From contig CM022677.1 of the NCBI GenBank assembly GCA_012295275.1, positions 3,286,001 to 3,350,000 on the forward strand: 64,000 bases of DNA. Reading direction: 5' to 3'. The position numbers and the translations under genes were made by a program. The DNA is from Chrysomallon squamiferum. Lineage: Eukaryota; Animalia; Mollusca. The notes below the pieces were generated by a model. It was not told the origin of the DNA. It did no database searches and was given only the letters and a program-made list of their open reading frames with translations. Positions 51,780-64,000 of the stretch are shown piece by piece. Within the stretch, counting starts at the first letter, position 1. Each line of letters starts with the position of its first letter.

Positions 51780-52420
51780 TAAAACATCGTTTAATAAAAA
51801 AAATTAACAAAAAATTCCATGTTCTTACTTTGGACTTTCAAATAAACAGGTACGTGTTCATACATAAATGGTAAGATTGCTAAACGCTTAAAACGAGACA
51901 CAGGAGATAGACAAGGGGATCTGTTATTTCACTGTGTTTCCATCTTTTATGTTGAGATTCTTGGAATCTTGGTAAGAAATAAGAAACGTATATACGGGAT
52001 TGAGATAAACGGCAGCGAATTTAACATTTCACAGTTCGCCGACGATAAAACTCTGTGAGCATCTGTGGAAACATTAAACTAGTTTACTGATATATCAGGT
52101 CTCAAAGTTAATATAAAACAAATATAATAAAATTAGCCAACGACAAATTTGTTCATAAAAAAAAAGTGTTCAAAACAAAAATTAAAATGGACTACAGAAT
52201 TCACAATACTTCGGGTACGGTTTTCCACGGATCTGTGCCAAATACCAGAATTAAACTTTAATGCAAAGTTGAATGAGGTTAAAACGCTTCTTGAACAATG
52301 GTCAAAATGTTCTTTCTCACCTCTAGGAAAAATTACTGCAATCAAAAGTTCTTTTTTATCGAAAGTTGTTTGTTTTTTCTTCACTGACAAATCCAACAAA
52401 CTATTTCTTTAAACTAGTAG
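51780..52420 (+). mobile_element. Old L1/Tx1-clade LINE reverse transcriptase fragment
   Basis: Translation gives GDRQGDLL...VEILGILVRNKKRIYGIEINGSEFNISQFADD (52029-52046), DISGLKVN and LLEQWSK.SFSPLGKITAIKS, with many stops. Confidence 0.8.
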
Positions 52421-53834
52421 AAACCTATCTCTTTCAGTGTATTTGGCCCCCCTGAAGATGAGCCATGTCTTATGTGGTCCGCTACTAGAAATAGATTGCC
52501 GATGCTTTATCTTGAGTTTCACTGACACTAGTTTTAGGGTCAGCCTACAGTGAAGCAAAATTGCTGAAACGCACAAATTCCTTTTCTAAAAATGAATTGT
52601 ATATAGGGTTAAACTTTCTAGAGAAATGTGCAACGATAAGGGACAAGATAAAAATACTATGTCAGTAGATTTAGTATAACGTTCATATTAAAACTGATTA
52701 TAAATCTGATTATTATAAGACGCTGGCAAAGAAAGGAATTTTAGTTCTAAAATAACGTTTTGTTAATGCCACCTGGCTTTCATGCATTGCATTTTGTAGA
52801 AAAGAAAATATAACTTTAGACCACTATTTACAGTTTACAAAGGCGTGATGCTAGCTGTTAATAACTAGTATAAACTGTTTTTATAAAATATATAAGAAAG
52901 CTAAATGGCAGGATATTTTGGTACAGCGGTCTGTGACAAATGGTGGACAAGTGAAAATCTTCTTCCACTCAAAGGTAACTTCAGACACAGAGCTTAGATA
53001 ATATCAGTGTAAGATCTTGTTAGTTATCATGTCAACTAGTAAGCATTTCCTATTATATGGTAGAAGAAAGACTGAGATAAATATGAATATGTTTAGTGAA
53101 ATTTAATGCGCTTCATGTAAATAAGTTCAGACATTCTGTAAATATGAGATAAATATTCAAGGATAGAATATGCAAAAATATACAAAGTTTTAATTTATTT
53201 TTCTGTCATGCCATTTTGTATGTTTCTTGCAATAATGTGTACTTTCATTTATATGAAGAAAAATTTATATCTCTAAAACATGTTAATTCTTCCTCTTCTT
53301 CTTCTTCTTCTTCTTCTTCTTATTATTCTTATTATTATTATTGTTGTTGTTGTTGTTGTTGTTTTTACAGATGCTATGGAGTCTTCTGTATTTTAATACA
53401 TTAATTTACTCTTTTTTTATTAGCGTATATTAGTTGTATCATGTATCATTTGTAAAGAAAAATACCAACAGATAAATAAAAAAGGAAAAAGTGATATAAA
53501 TAAATAAATATATCTATAAATATATCACACCAATAATGAGTACAACTGTTACTGTTTGAACAATGCTATTTTGTTATACTAAACATAATAAAGCTGGTAT
53601 TTATCACACCTGTGTTTAGATCGCTCTGACTCATAACACTTACAAATAAATGAGTGTCCCGTGTACTCTGATTCACCATTACATTGCATATTTCACGATC
53701 GTAGTATAACGTTTCTTGTCGCCAACACAACTGACACGCTATTCTTATCTGACCAACTTAACAGACACTTGTTAACATAACTTTTTCATCGACCTACTGA
53801 GTGAGAAATAAATATTAATATTTTACAGACAAAA

Positions 53835-53882
<48 letters not shown>

Positions 53883-54226
53883 AAAAAACAAACACTTTGT
53901 ATGTATCTACCGCTATACGTGGTGTGACTTGTGCGATATCTGGTTTCAATCACGTGCTTATCAGCAGACGACTTAGTAAACAGCGACACACAGAAAATAT
54001 TTCAGTGACCTTGTCAAGCAGAAAGGAGTCAGTTCTAGGAAAACCACTCACAAACAAGACGCATTATTCAGAAGTAGTCGGCCATTTTGAAATTTGAAGG
54101 TATTTGTATTTTATTTTGATTTAATATATGCCGTACTATTGCTTTGCTTAAAACAAATCAGACATTTTGAACTTGTAATCTATTTTGTCTTAACTATAAA
54201 TTTGTGTGGGAATTTAGATAAAGGCG

Positions 54227-54265
<39 letters not shown>

Positions 54266-54360
54266 AGTTTATGAGAAACATCGATAAACTTATTTAATAA
54301 TAATAATAATAATAATATTAATGCTATCGTCCTTATAATAATAATTATTATTCTATTAGC

Positions 54361-54391
<31 letters not shown>

Positions 54392-54694
54392 GTAGTAGTG
54401 GGACTAGTAGCAGTAGTAGTAGTACTGGTCCTAGTAGTAGCAGCAGTAGTAGTTGTAAAGTATAGTTCAATATATCGTTGACAGCTTATGCTATATATTC
54501 ATCAGTCTTTTACTTTATTTCATTTTATTTATTTATTTATAGATCCCTGATCTATGTGATCAATAGTAGAGTCGTTAAACAGAAATAACTCATTTCTAAG
54601 AAATTATCGATCAGGAAGTTTTTCAGATAGGTAACTATTTTGAACCTATAAAGTAGTGTATATTTTTTTTAATTTTATTCAAATTTATTTAATT

Positions 54695-54765
<71 letters not shown>

Positions 54766-55026
54766 TTTGCGTGTGTTCCTTTCATTGTTTCTTCTTTTCT
54801 TCATTCGTTCCTTCCTTGTTGCCTAACGTTGATTGGTCTGTCACCCGTTCCAGCCAGGGTATAAAATGTTATTGTATTTGTTTTCATCTACAATGGAAAA
54901 TATCCAAAAAGAAAAAAGAAGAAACATTATCGCCATATAACAAACTCCTAAATGATTCTTGCCATCTGGTATATGGAAGGTGTAATTAGAGGATGCGATA
55001 ATATTATCTCATATAATTTGTATTAG

Positions 55027-55114
<88 letters not shown>

Positions 55115-55511
55115 CAGTGTTAGTAGTTGTTGTTGTTGTTGTTGTAGTACTACTACTATTGTTGGTTGTCTATGGAAAGTGCCACTAGAGGATTTGATCA
55201 TATTATCTCATATATTTTTTGTTATTATTATTATTTACGAGTTTGTTTGGCGGTTGTCTTTATTGTCTTTCTACACTTATGGGCAGACAGTGTAGTAACA
55301 ATTAACTTGTCAGATCGCTTAAATAACACCCGAGTATATCTTTGTGTATCTCGCGTACCAGTGTCACGCTGTTTTTTTATGACCTACATAACAAGCAAAC
55401 AGTCAGTGTTAGATTACATTGAAACTGGTCAGGCAAGCCTCGTCAGAGAAATAAGATACGTATTATTAATTTATTCAGTATACTGCAAAACATATTATAT
55501 TATTATTATTG

Positions 55512-55711
55512 NNNNNNNNNNNNNNNNNNNNNNNNNNNNNNNNNNNNNNNNNNNNNNNNNNNNNNNNNNNNNNNNNNNNNNNNNNNNNNNNNNNNNNNNN
55601 NNNNNNNNNNNNNNNNNNNNNNNNNNNNNNNNNNNNNNNNNNNNNNNNNNNNNNNNNNNNNNNNNNNNNNNNNNNNNNNNNNNNNNNNNNNNNNNNNNNN
55701 NNNNNNNNNNN
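55512..55711. other. Assembly gap (200 N)
   Basis: Run of N. Confidence 1.
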
Positions 55712-58700
55712 GTACTGACTTGCATCCTCTCTGACTTAGGTACTTGCTTCCTTGCTTACTTAGGTCATTATTTACGTAATTACTTAATTTATTTCTTTTA
55801 CTTAGATAATTGTTAATGCACTTACTTGCATTCTCACTCAAGTAAGTTGCAACCCTTGTTTTACTAAGGTCATTATTTACGTACTTACTTACGCTGTTAC
55901 TGAGATAATTGTTAATGTACAAATTTTTATTTTCACTTTAGTTGCCTGCCTGTTGCCAACTTAGATCATTATTTTACGTACTTACTTCTTTCTTTTTCTT
56001 ACTTAGATAATTGCTAATGCATTTTATTTAGGTTATTATTTACTAAACTAACTTATTACCCTAACCTAGGACATTAGTAGTGAAGTTACTTTCATTCTTA
56101 CTCACATAATTATAAATCTACTGACTTTGCATCTCTCTTACTTAGGTACTTGCTTCCCTTGTTTACTTAGGTCATTATTTTAGGTAAGTACTAAATTTAT
56201 TTTTTACTTAGATAATTGGTAACGCATTTTTATTTGCATTCTCACAAAGTAAGTTGCATTTTTTTACTTAGGTCATTATTTACGTACTTACTTTATGTTG
56301 TTACTGAGATAATTGTTAATGTACAAATTTGCATTTTAAATTAGTTGCTCGCTTCCTACCAACTTAGATCATTATTTAAGTACTTACTTACTTTCTTTCT
56401 TAGTTAGATAAATTGTTAATGTACTTACTTAGGTTAATATTTACTAACTCACTCGCTTACTTGCTAACCTAGGACATTTGTTAAGTAGTTACTTTCATTC
56501 TTACTCACATAATTGTAAGTGTACTGACTTGCATTCTCTCTGACTTAGGTACTTTGCATCTTCCTTGTTTACTTAGGTCATTATTTATTAATTACTTAAT
56601 TTATTTTTACTTAGATAATTGTTAATGTAATTTCATTTGCATTCTCACTAAGTAGTTGCAACCTTGCTTACTAAGGTCATTATTTTATGTACTTACTTTA
56701 TTTATGTTCTTACTGAGATAATTGTTAATGTACAAATTTGTATTTTCACTTAGTTGCTCATTTCTGCTGCCAACTTAGATCATTATTTACGTTTTTTTAC
56801 TTTTTTTCTTACTTAGATAATTGCTAATGTACTCATTTTAGGTTACCATTTACTAAACTTCCTTTTACTTCCTAACCTAGGACATTAGTTAAGTAGTTAC
56901 TTACATTCTTACTCACATAATTATAAATCTACTGACTTGCATCTCTTACTTAGGTACTTGCTTCCTTTGCTTTACTTTAGGTCATTATTTAGGTAAGTAC
57001 TTAAATTTATTTTTTTACTTAGATAATTGTTAACGTACTTTCATTTTGCATTCTCACCAAGTAAGTTGCAAACCTTGCTTTTACTTAGGTCATTTATTTA
57101 CGTATTACTTACTTGTTGTTACTGAGATAATTGTTAATGTACAAATTTTATTTTAAATTAGTTGCTCGCTTCCTTACCAACTTAGATCATTATTTAAGTA
57201 ATTTTACTTACTTTTTTTCTTAGTTAGATAATTGTTAATGTACTTTACTTAGGTTAATATTTATTTACTAACCACCTGCTTACTTGCTAACCTAGGACAT
57301 TTGTTAAGTAGTTACTTTTCATTCTTTTACTCACATAATTGTAAGTGTACTGACTTGCATCTCTCTGACTTAGGTACTTGCTTTCCTTGTTTACTTAGGT
57401 CATTATTTTACGTAATTACTTAATTTATTTTTTACTTAGATAATTGTTAATGTAATTTTTTTTGCATTCCTCACTAAGTAAGTTGCAACCTTTGTTTACT
57501 AAGGTCATTATTTTACGTATTTTACTTTCATGTTCTTACTGAGATAATTGTTAATGTACAAATTTGTATTTTTCACTTAGTTGCTCTGCTCTGCTGCCAA
57601 CTTAGATCATTATTTTACGTACTTAATTTTACTTTCTTTCTTTAACTTAGATAATTAGATAATTGCTAATGTACTTACTTAGGTTTATTTACTATTTACT
57701 AACTAAACTGTTTTTACTTCCTAACCTAGGACATTAGTTAAGTAGTTACTTACATTCTTACTCACATAATTATAAATCTACTGACTTGCACTCTCTCTCT
57801 TACTTAGGTAATTTGCTTCCTTTGCTTATTTAGGTCATTATTTAGGTAAGTACTAAATTTATTTTTATTTAGATAATTGTTAACGTACTTTATTTGCATT
57901 CTCACCTAAGTAAGTTGCAACCTATTTGCTTTACTTAGGTCATTATTTTACGTATTTACTTATTGTTGTTACTGAGATAATTGTTAATGTACAAATTTTG
58001 TATTTTTAAATTAGTTGCTGCCTTCCTTACCAACTTAGATCATTATTTTTTATTTTACTTACTTTACTCTTTCTTTTCTTAGTTAGATAATTGTTAATGT
58101 ACTTACTTAGGTTAATATTTATTTAACTAACTAACCTACCTTACTTGCTAACCTAGGACATTAGTTAAGTAAGTTTTCATTCTTACTCACATAATTGTAA
58201 GTGTACTGACTTGCATTCTCTCTGACTTAGGTACTTGCTTCCTTGCTTACTTAGGTCATTATTTTTATGTAATTACTTAATTTATTTCTTTACTTAGATA
58301 ATTGTTAATGTACTTTACTTTTTGCATTCTCACTAAGTAAGTTGCAACCTTGCTTTACTTAGGTCATTATTTTACGTACTTTATTTTTACGTTGTTACTG
58401 AGATAATTGTTAATGTACAAATTTGTATTTTCACTTAGTTGCTGCTTCTGTTGCCAACTTAGATCATTATTTATTGTACTTACTTACTTACTCTCTTTCT
58501 TACTTAGATAATTGTTAATGTACTTACTTAGGTTACTATTTTACTAAACTAACTTTTAGCTTTATTTCCTAACCTAGGACATTAGTTAAGTAGTTACTTT
58601 ACATTCTTACTCACATAATTGTAAATCTACTGACTTGCATTCTCTCTTACTTAGGTACTTGCTTCCTTGCTTACTTAGGTCATTATTTAGGTAAGTACTA

Positions 58701-61700
58701 AATTTATTTCTTTTATTTAGATAATTGGTAACGTAATTTATTTTGCATTCCTCACAAAGTAAGTTGCATTTTTTTGCTTACTTTAGGTCATTATTTTTAC
58801 GTACTTACTTTATGTTGTTACTGAGATAATTGTTAATGTACAAATTTGCATTTTAAATTAGTTGCTCGCTTCCTTACCAACTTAGATCATTATTTAAGTA
58901 CTTACTTACTTTCTTTCTTAGTTAGATAATTGTTAATGTACTTACTTAGGTTAATATTTACTAACTCACTCGCTTACTTGCTAACCTAGGACATTAGTTA
59001 AGTAGTTACTTTCATTCTTACTCACATAATTGTAAGTCCACTGACTTGCATCTCTCTCTGACTTAGGGTACTTGCTTCCCTTTGCTTTACTTAGGTCATT
59101 ATTTTACGTAATTACTTAATTTATTTCTTACTTAGATAATTGTTAATGTACTTTTTTTGCATTCTCACTAAGTAAGTTGCAACCTTTACTTACTAGGTCA
59201 TTATTTCATGTATTTTATTTATGCTGTTACTGAGATAATTGTTAATGTACAAATTTTATTTTCACTTTAGTTGCTCTGCTCTCCTGCCAACTTAGATCAT
59301 TATTTATGTAATTTTACTTACTTTCTTTCTTACTTTAGATAAATTGTTAATGTAATTTTACTTTTAGGTTATTTATTTACTAAACTCACTCTGCTTACTT
59401 TGCTAACCTAGGGACATTAGTTAAGCAGTTACTTTTTACATTCTTACTCACATAATTATAAAATGTAACTGACTTGCATCTCTCTTGACTTAGGTACTTG
59501 CTTCCCTTGTTTACTTAGGTCATTATTTAGGTAAGTAATTTAAATTTATTTCTTTTACTTAGATAATTGTTAACGTAATTTTATTTTGCATTCTCACTCA
59601 CCAAAGTTGCAACCTTGCTTTACTTAGGTCATTATTTATTTAATTTACTTTTTATGTTGTTGTTACTGAGATAATTGTTAATGTACAAATTTGTATTTAA
59701 ATTAGTTGCCTGCTTTGTTTACCAACTTAGATCATTATTTTTTTTAATTTACTTACTTTTTTTTTCTTAGTTAGATAATTGTTAATGTAACTTACTTACT
59801 TAGGTTAATATTTTACTAACTCACTGCTTACTTATTTGCTAACCCTAGGACATTTGTTAAGTAGTTACTTTCATTCTTACTCACATAATTGTAAGTGTAC
59901 TGACTTTGCATTCTCTCTGACTTAGGTACTTGCTTCCTTTGCTTTACATTTTAGGTCATTATTTTACGTAATTACTTAATTTTTATTTTTACTTAGATAA
60001 TTGTTAATGTAATTTATTTTGCATTCTCACTAACTAAGTAAGTTGCAACCTTTGTTTACTTAAGGTCATTATTTTTATGTACTTACTTAATGTTTGTTAC
60101 TGAGATAATTGTTAATGTACAAATTTTTATTTTTAACTTAGTTGCCTGCTTCCTTACCAACTTAGATCATTATCATTTATTTACTTTTCTTTCTTTCTTA
60201 GTTAGATAAGTTAATGTACTTAACTTACTATTTTAGGGTTTATTTACTAACTAAACCACTTTTTTTGCTAACCTAGGACATTAGTTAAAGCAGTTACTTT
60301 ATTTCATTCTTACTCACATAATTGTAAATGTACTGACTTGCATTCTCTCTGACTTAGGTACTTGCTTCCTTTGTTTACTTTTAGGTCATTATTTAGGTAA
60401 TTACTTAAATTTATTTTTTACTTAGATAATTGTTAATGTACTTATTTTGCATTCCTCACACCAAGTAAGTTGCAAACCTTGCTTTACTTAGGTCATTATT
60501 TTACGTAATTTACTTTCATGTTGTTACTGAGATAATTGTTAATGTACAAATTTGTATTTTAAATTAGTTGTTGCTCTGCTTCCTGCCAACTTAGATCATT
60601 ATTTAAGTACTTTACTTTACTTTTCTTTCTTAGTTAGATAATTGTTAATGTAATTTTATTTAGGTTTATTTATTTATTAAACTAACCACCTGCTTACTTG
60701 CTAACCCTAGGACATTAGTTAAGTAGTTACTTTCATTCTTACTCACACATAATTTGTAAACCCACTGACTTTGCATCCTCTCCTGACTTAGGTTCTTGCT
60801 TCCTTGTTTTTTACTTAGGTCATTTATTTTAGGTAATTACTTAAATTTATTTTTTTACTTAGATAATTGTTAACGTACTTATTTTGCATTCTCACCAAGT
60901 AAGTTGCAACCTTGCTTTTTACTTAGGTCATTATTTATAATTTTACTTATGTTGTTACTGAGATAATTGTTAATGTACAAATTTTTATTTTTAAATTAGT
61001 TGCTCTGCTTCTGTTACCAACTTAGATCATTATTTATTTAATTTACTTTTTCTTTCTTTTCTTAGTTAGATAATTGTTAATGTATTTTATTTTAGGTTAA
61101 TATTTACTAACTCACTGCTTACTTTTAACCTAGGACATTAGTTAAGTAGTTACTTTCATTCTTACTCACATAAATTGTAAATGTACTGACTTGCATCTCC
61201 TCCTGACTTAGGTACTTGCTTCCCTTGCTTACATTTAGGTCATTATTTTATGTAATTACTTAATTTATTTTTACTTAGATAATTGTTAATGTACTTTTAT
61301 TTGCATTCTCTCTAACTAAGTAAGTTGCAAACCTTGCTTTACTAAGGTCATTATTTTACGTACTTATTTAATGTTGTTACTGAGATAATTGTTAATGTAC
61401 AAATTTTGTATTTTTAAAATTAGTTGCTCTGCCTGTTACCAACTTAGATCATTATTTTATGTACTTTTACTTTACTTTCTTTCTTAGTTAGATAATTGTT
61501 AATGTAATGTATTTACTTTTAGGTTACTATTTACTAAACCACCTGCTTACTTGCTAACCTAGGACATTAGTTAAGTAGTTACTTTACATTCTTACTCACA
61601 TAATTGTAAATGTACTGACTGACTTTGCATCTCTCTGACTTAGGTACTTGCTTCCTTGTTTACTTAGGTCATTATTTTAGGTAATTACTTAATTTATTTT

Positions 61701-64000
61701 ACTTTAGATAATTGTTAATGTACTTATTTGCATTCTCACCAAGTAAGTTGCAACCTGTTTGCTTATTTAGGTCATTATTTTTTTGTATTTAATTTTTGTT
61801 GTTACTGAGATAATTGTTAATGTACAAATTTTTATTTTTAAATTAGTTGCTCTGCTTCTTTTACCAACTTAGATCATTATTTTTATTTACTTACTTTCTT
61901 TCTTTCTTAGTTAGATAATTGTTAATGTAATTCTTACTTAGGTTAATATTTTACTAAACTCCACTGCCACTTTGCTAAACCTAGGACATTAGTTAAGTAG
62001 TTACTTTCATTCTTACTCACATAATTGTAAATGTACTGACTTGCATTCTCTCTGACTTAGGTATTTTGCTTCCCTTGTTTACTTAGGTCATTATTTAGGT
62101 AATTATTTAATTTATTTCTTTTACTTAGATAATTGTTAATGTACTTACATTTTTTTGCATTCTCACCAAGTAAGTTGCAACCTTTGTTTTACTTAAGGTC
62201 ATTATTTTACGTACTTTTACTTTTATGTTGTTACTGAGATAATTGTTAATGTACAAATTTGTATTTTAAATTAGTTGCTCAGCTTGCCTTGCCAACTTAG
62301 ATCATTATTTAATGTACTTACTTACTTTTTTTCTTAGTTAGATAATTGTTAATGTAATTTTACTTAGGTTAATATTTACTAAACTACCTGCTTACTTACT
62401 AACCTAGGACATTAGTTAAGTAGTTACTTTACATTCTTACTCACATAATTGTAAAATGTACTGACTTGCATTCTCTCTGACTGACTTAGGTACTTGCTTC
62501 CCTTGTTTACTTTATTATTTCATATTAGGTAATTACATTTAATTTATTTATTTTACTTAGATAATTGTTAACGTAATTTATTTTGCATTCTCACCAAGTA
62601 AGTTGCAACCTTGTTTTTTACTTAGGTCATTATTTATGTACTTTACTTACGTTGTTACTGAGATAATTGTTAATGTACAAATTTTATTTTAAATTAGTTG
62701 CTCTGCTTCTGTTTACCAACTTAGATCATTATTTTAAGTACTTATTTTCCTTTTTTCTTAGTTAGATAATTGTTAATGTACTTACTTAGGTTAATATTTA
62801 CTAAACTCACACTGCTTTACTTTTGCTAACCTAGGACATTAGTTAAGTAGTTACTTTCATTCTTACCACACATAATTGTGTAATGTACTGACTTGCATTC
62901 TCTCTGACTTAGGTACTTTGGTTTCCTTTGTTTTACTTAGGTCATTATTTATGTAATTACTTAATTTATTTTTACTTAGATAATTGTTAATGTAATTTTA
63001 TTTGCATTCCTCACCAAGTAAGTTGCAACCTTGTTTTTTTAAGGTCATTATTTTATGTACTTACTTATGTTGTTACTGAGATAATTGTTAATGTACAAAT
63101 TTGTATTTTCACTTAGTTGCTCGCTTCGTTGCCAACTTAGATCATTATTTACGTACTTACTTACTTTCTTTCTTACTTAGATAATTGCTAATGTACTTAC
63201 TTAGGTTACTATTTACTAAACTACTCGCTTACTTCCTAACCTAGGACATTAGTTAAGTAGTTACTTACATTCTTACTCACATAATTGAAAATCTACTGAC
63301 TTGCATTCTCTCTTACTTAGGTACTTGCTTCCTTGCTTACTTAGGTCATTATTTAGGTAAGTACTAAATTTATTTCTTAGATAATTGGTAACGTACTTAC
63401 TTGCATTCTCACTAAGTAAGTTGCATTCTTGCTTACTTAGGTCATTATTTACGTACTTACTTACGTTGTTACTGAGATAATTGTTAATGTACAAATTTGC
63501 ATTTTAAATTAGTTGCTCGCTTCCTTACCAACTTAGATCATTATTTAAGTACTTACTTACTTTCTTTCTTAGTTAGATAATTGTTAATGTACTTACTTAG
63601 GTTAATATTTACTAACTCACTCGCTTACTTGCTAACCTAGGACATTTGTTAAGTAGTTACTTTCATTCTTACTCACATAATTGTAAGTGTACTGACTTGC
63701 ATTCTCTCTGACTTAGGTACTTGCTTCCTTGCTTACTTAGGTCATTATTTACGTAATTACTTAATTTATTTCTTACTTAGATAATTGTTAATGTACTTAC
63801 TTGCATTCTCACTAAGTAAGTTGCAACCTTGCTTACTAAGGTCATTATTTACGTACTTACTTACGTTGTTACTGAGATAATTGTTAATGTACAAATTTGT
63901 ATTTTCACTTAGTTGCTCGCTTCGTTGCCAACTTAGATCATTATTGTATTTACTTTACTTTCTTTTTCTTACTTAGATAATTGTTAATGTAATTTACTTA
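55712..64000. repeat. AT-rich satellite DNA, ~400-bp monomer (~20 copies), runs off window end
   Basis: TACTGACTTGCATTCTCTC recurs at ~400-bp spacing (63294 to 63690 = 396 bp in the clean part). There is one CCTAGGACATT per monomer. Confidence 0.97.

Overview
This is AT-rich, microsatellite-laden eukaryotic DNA from an animal, probably an invertebrate; a mollusc-type 5S sequence is my only taxonomic hint. It has two 200-N scaffold gaps and no intact protein-coding gene. (1) 1-3.3 kb: one intact-looking 5S rRNA gene on the minus strand, among rearranged 5S-spacer modules. (2) 3.3-39.4 kb: a nest of segmental duplications carrying scrambled exons of a LigB/Memo-like (extradiol dioxygenase fold) gene, with exons 2-3-4 upstream of exons 1-2. 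This nest is invaded by RNase H-bearing I-group (I/Nimb-like) LINEs, hAT (Buster/Charlie) elements and a FLYWCH-MULE relic. (3) 39.4-55.5 kb: intergenic DNA with minisatellites (one a CRE-palindrome array), a hAT MITE, a tRNA-derived SINE and an L1/Tx1 relic. (4) 55.7-64 kb: a hierarchical ~400-bp satellite. The main finding is that three of five paralogous copies of one short site (GAACGAGATCTCTTTGATCAGT) hold same-orientation LINE insertions. These come from two different families with (CCATT)n tails, and their 3' junctions lie only ~11 bp apart. The site resembles a Pol II core promoter/TSS (TATAAGTA ... ACAATG|GTAATT), so these may be sequence- or TSS-targeting I-group retrotransposons.
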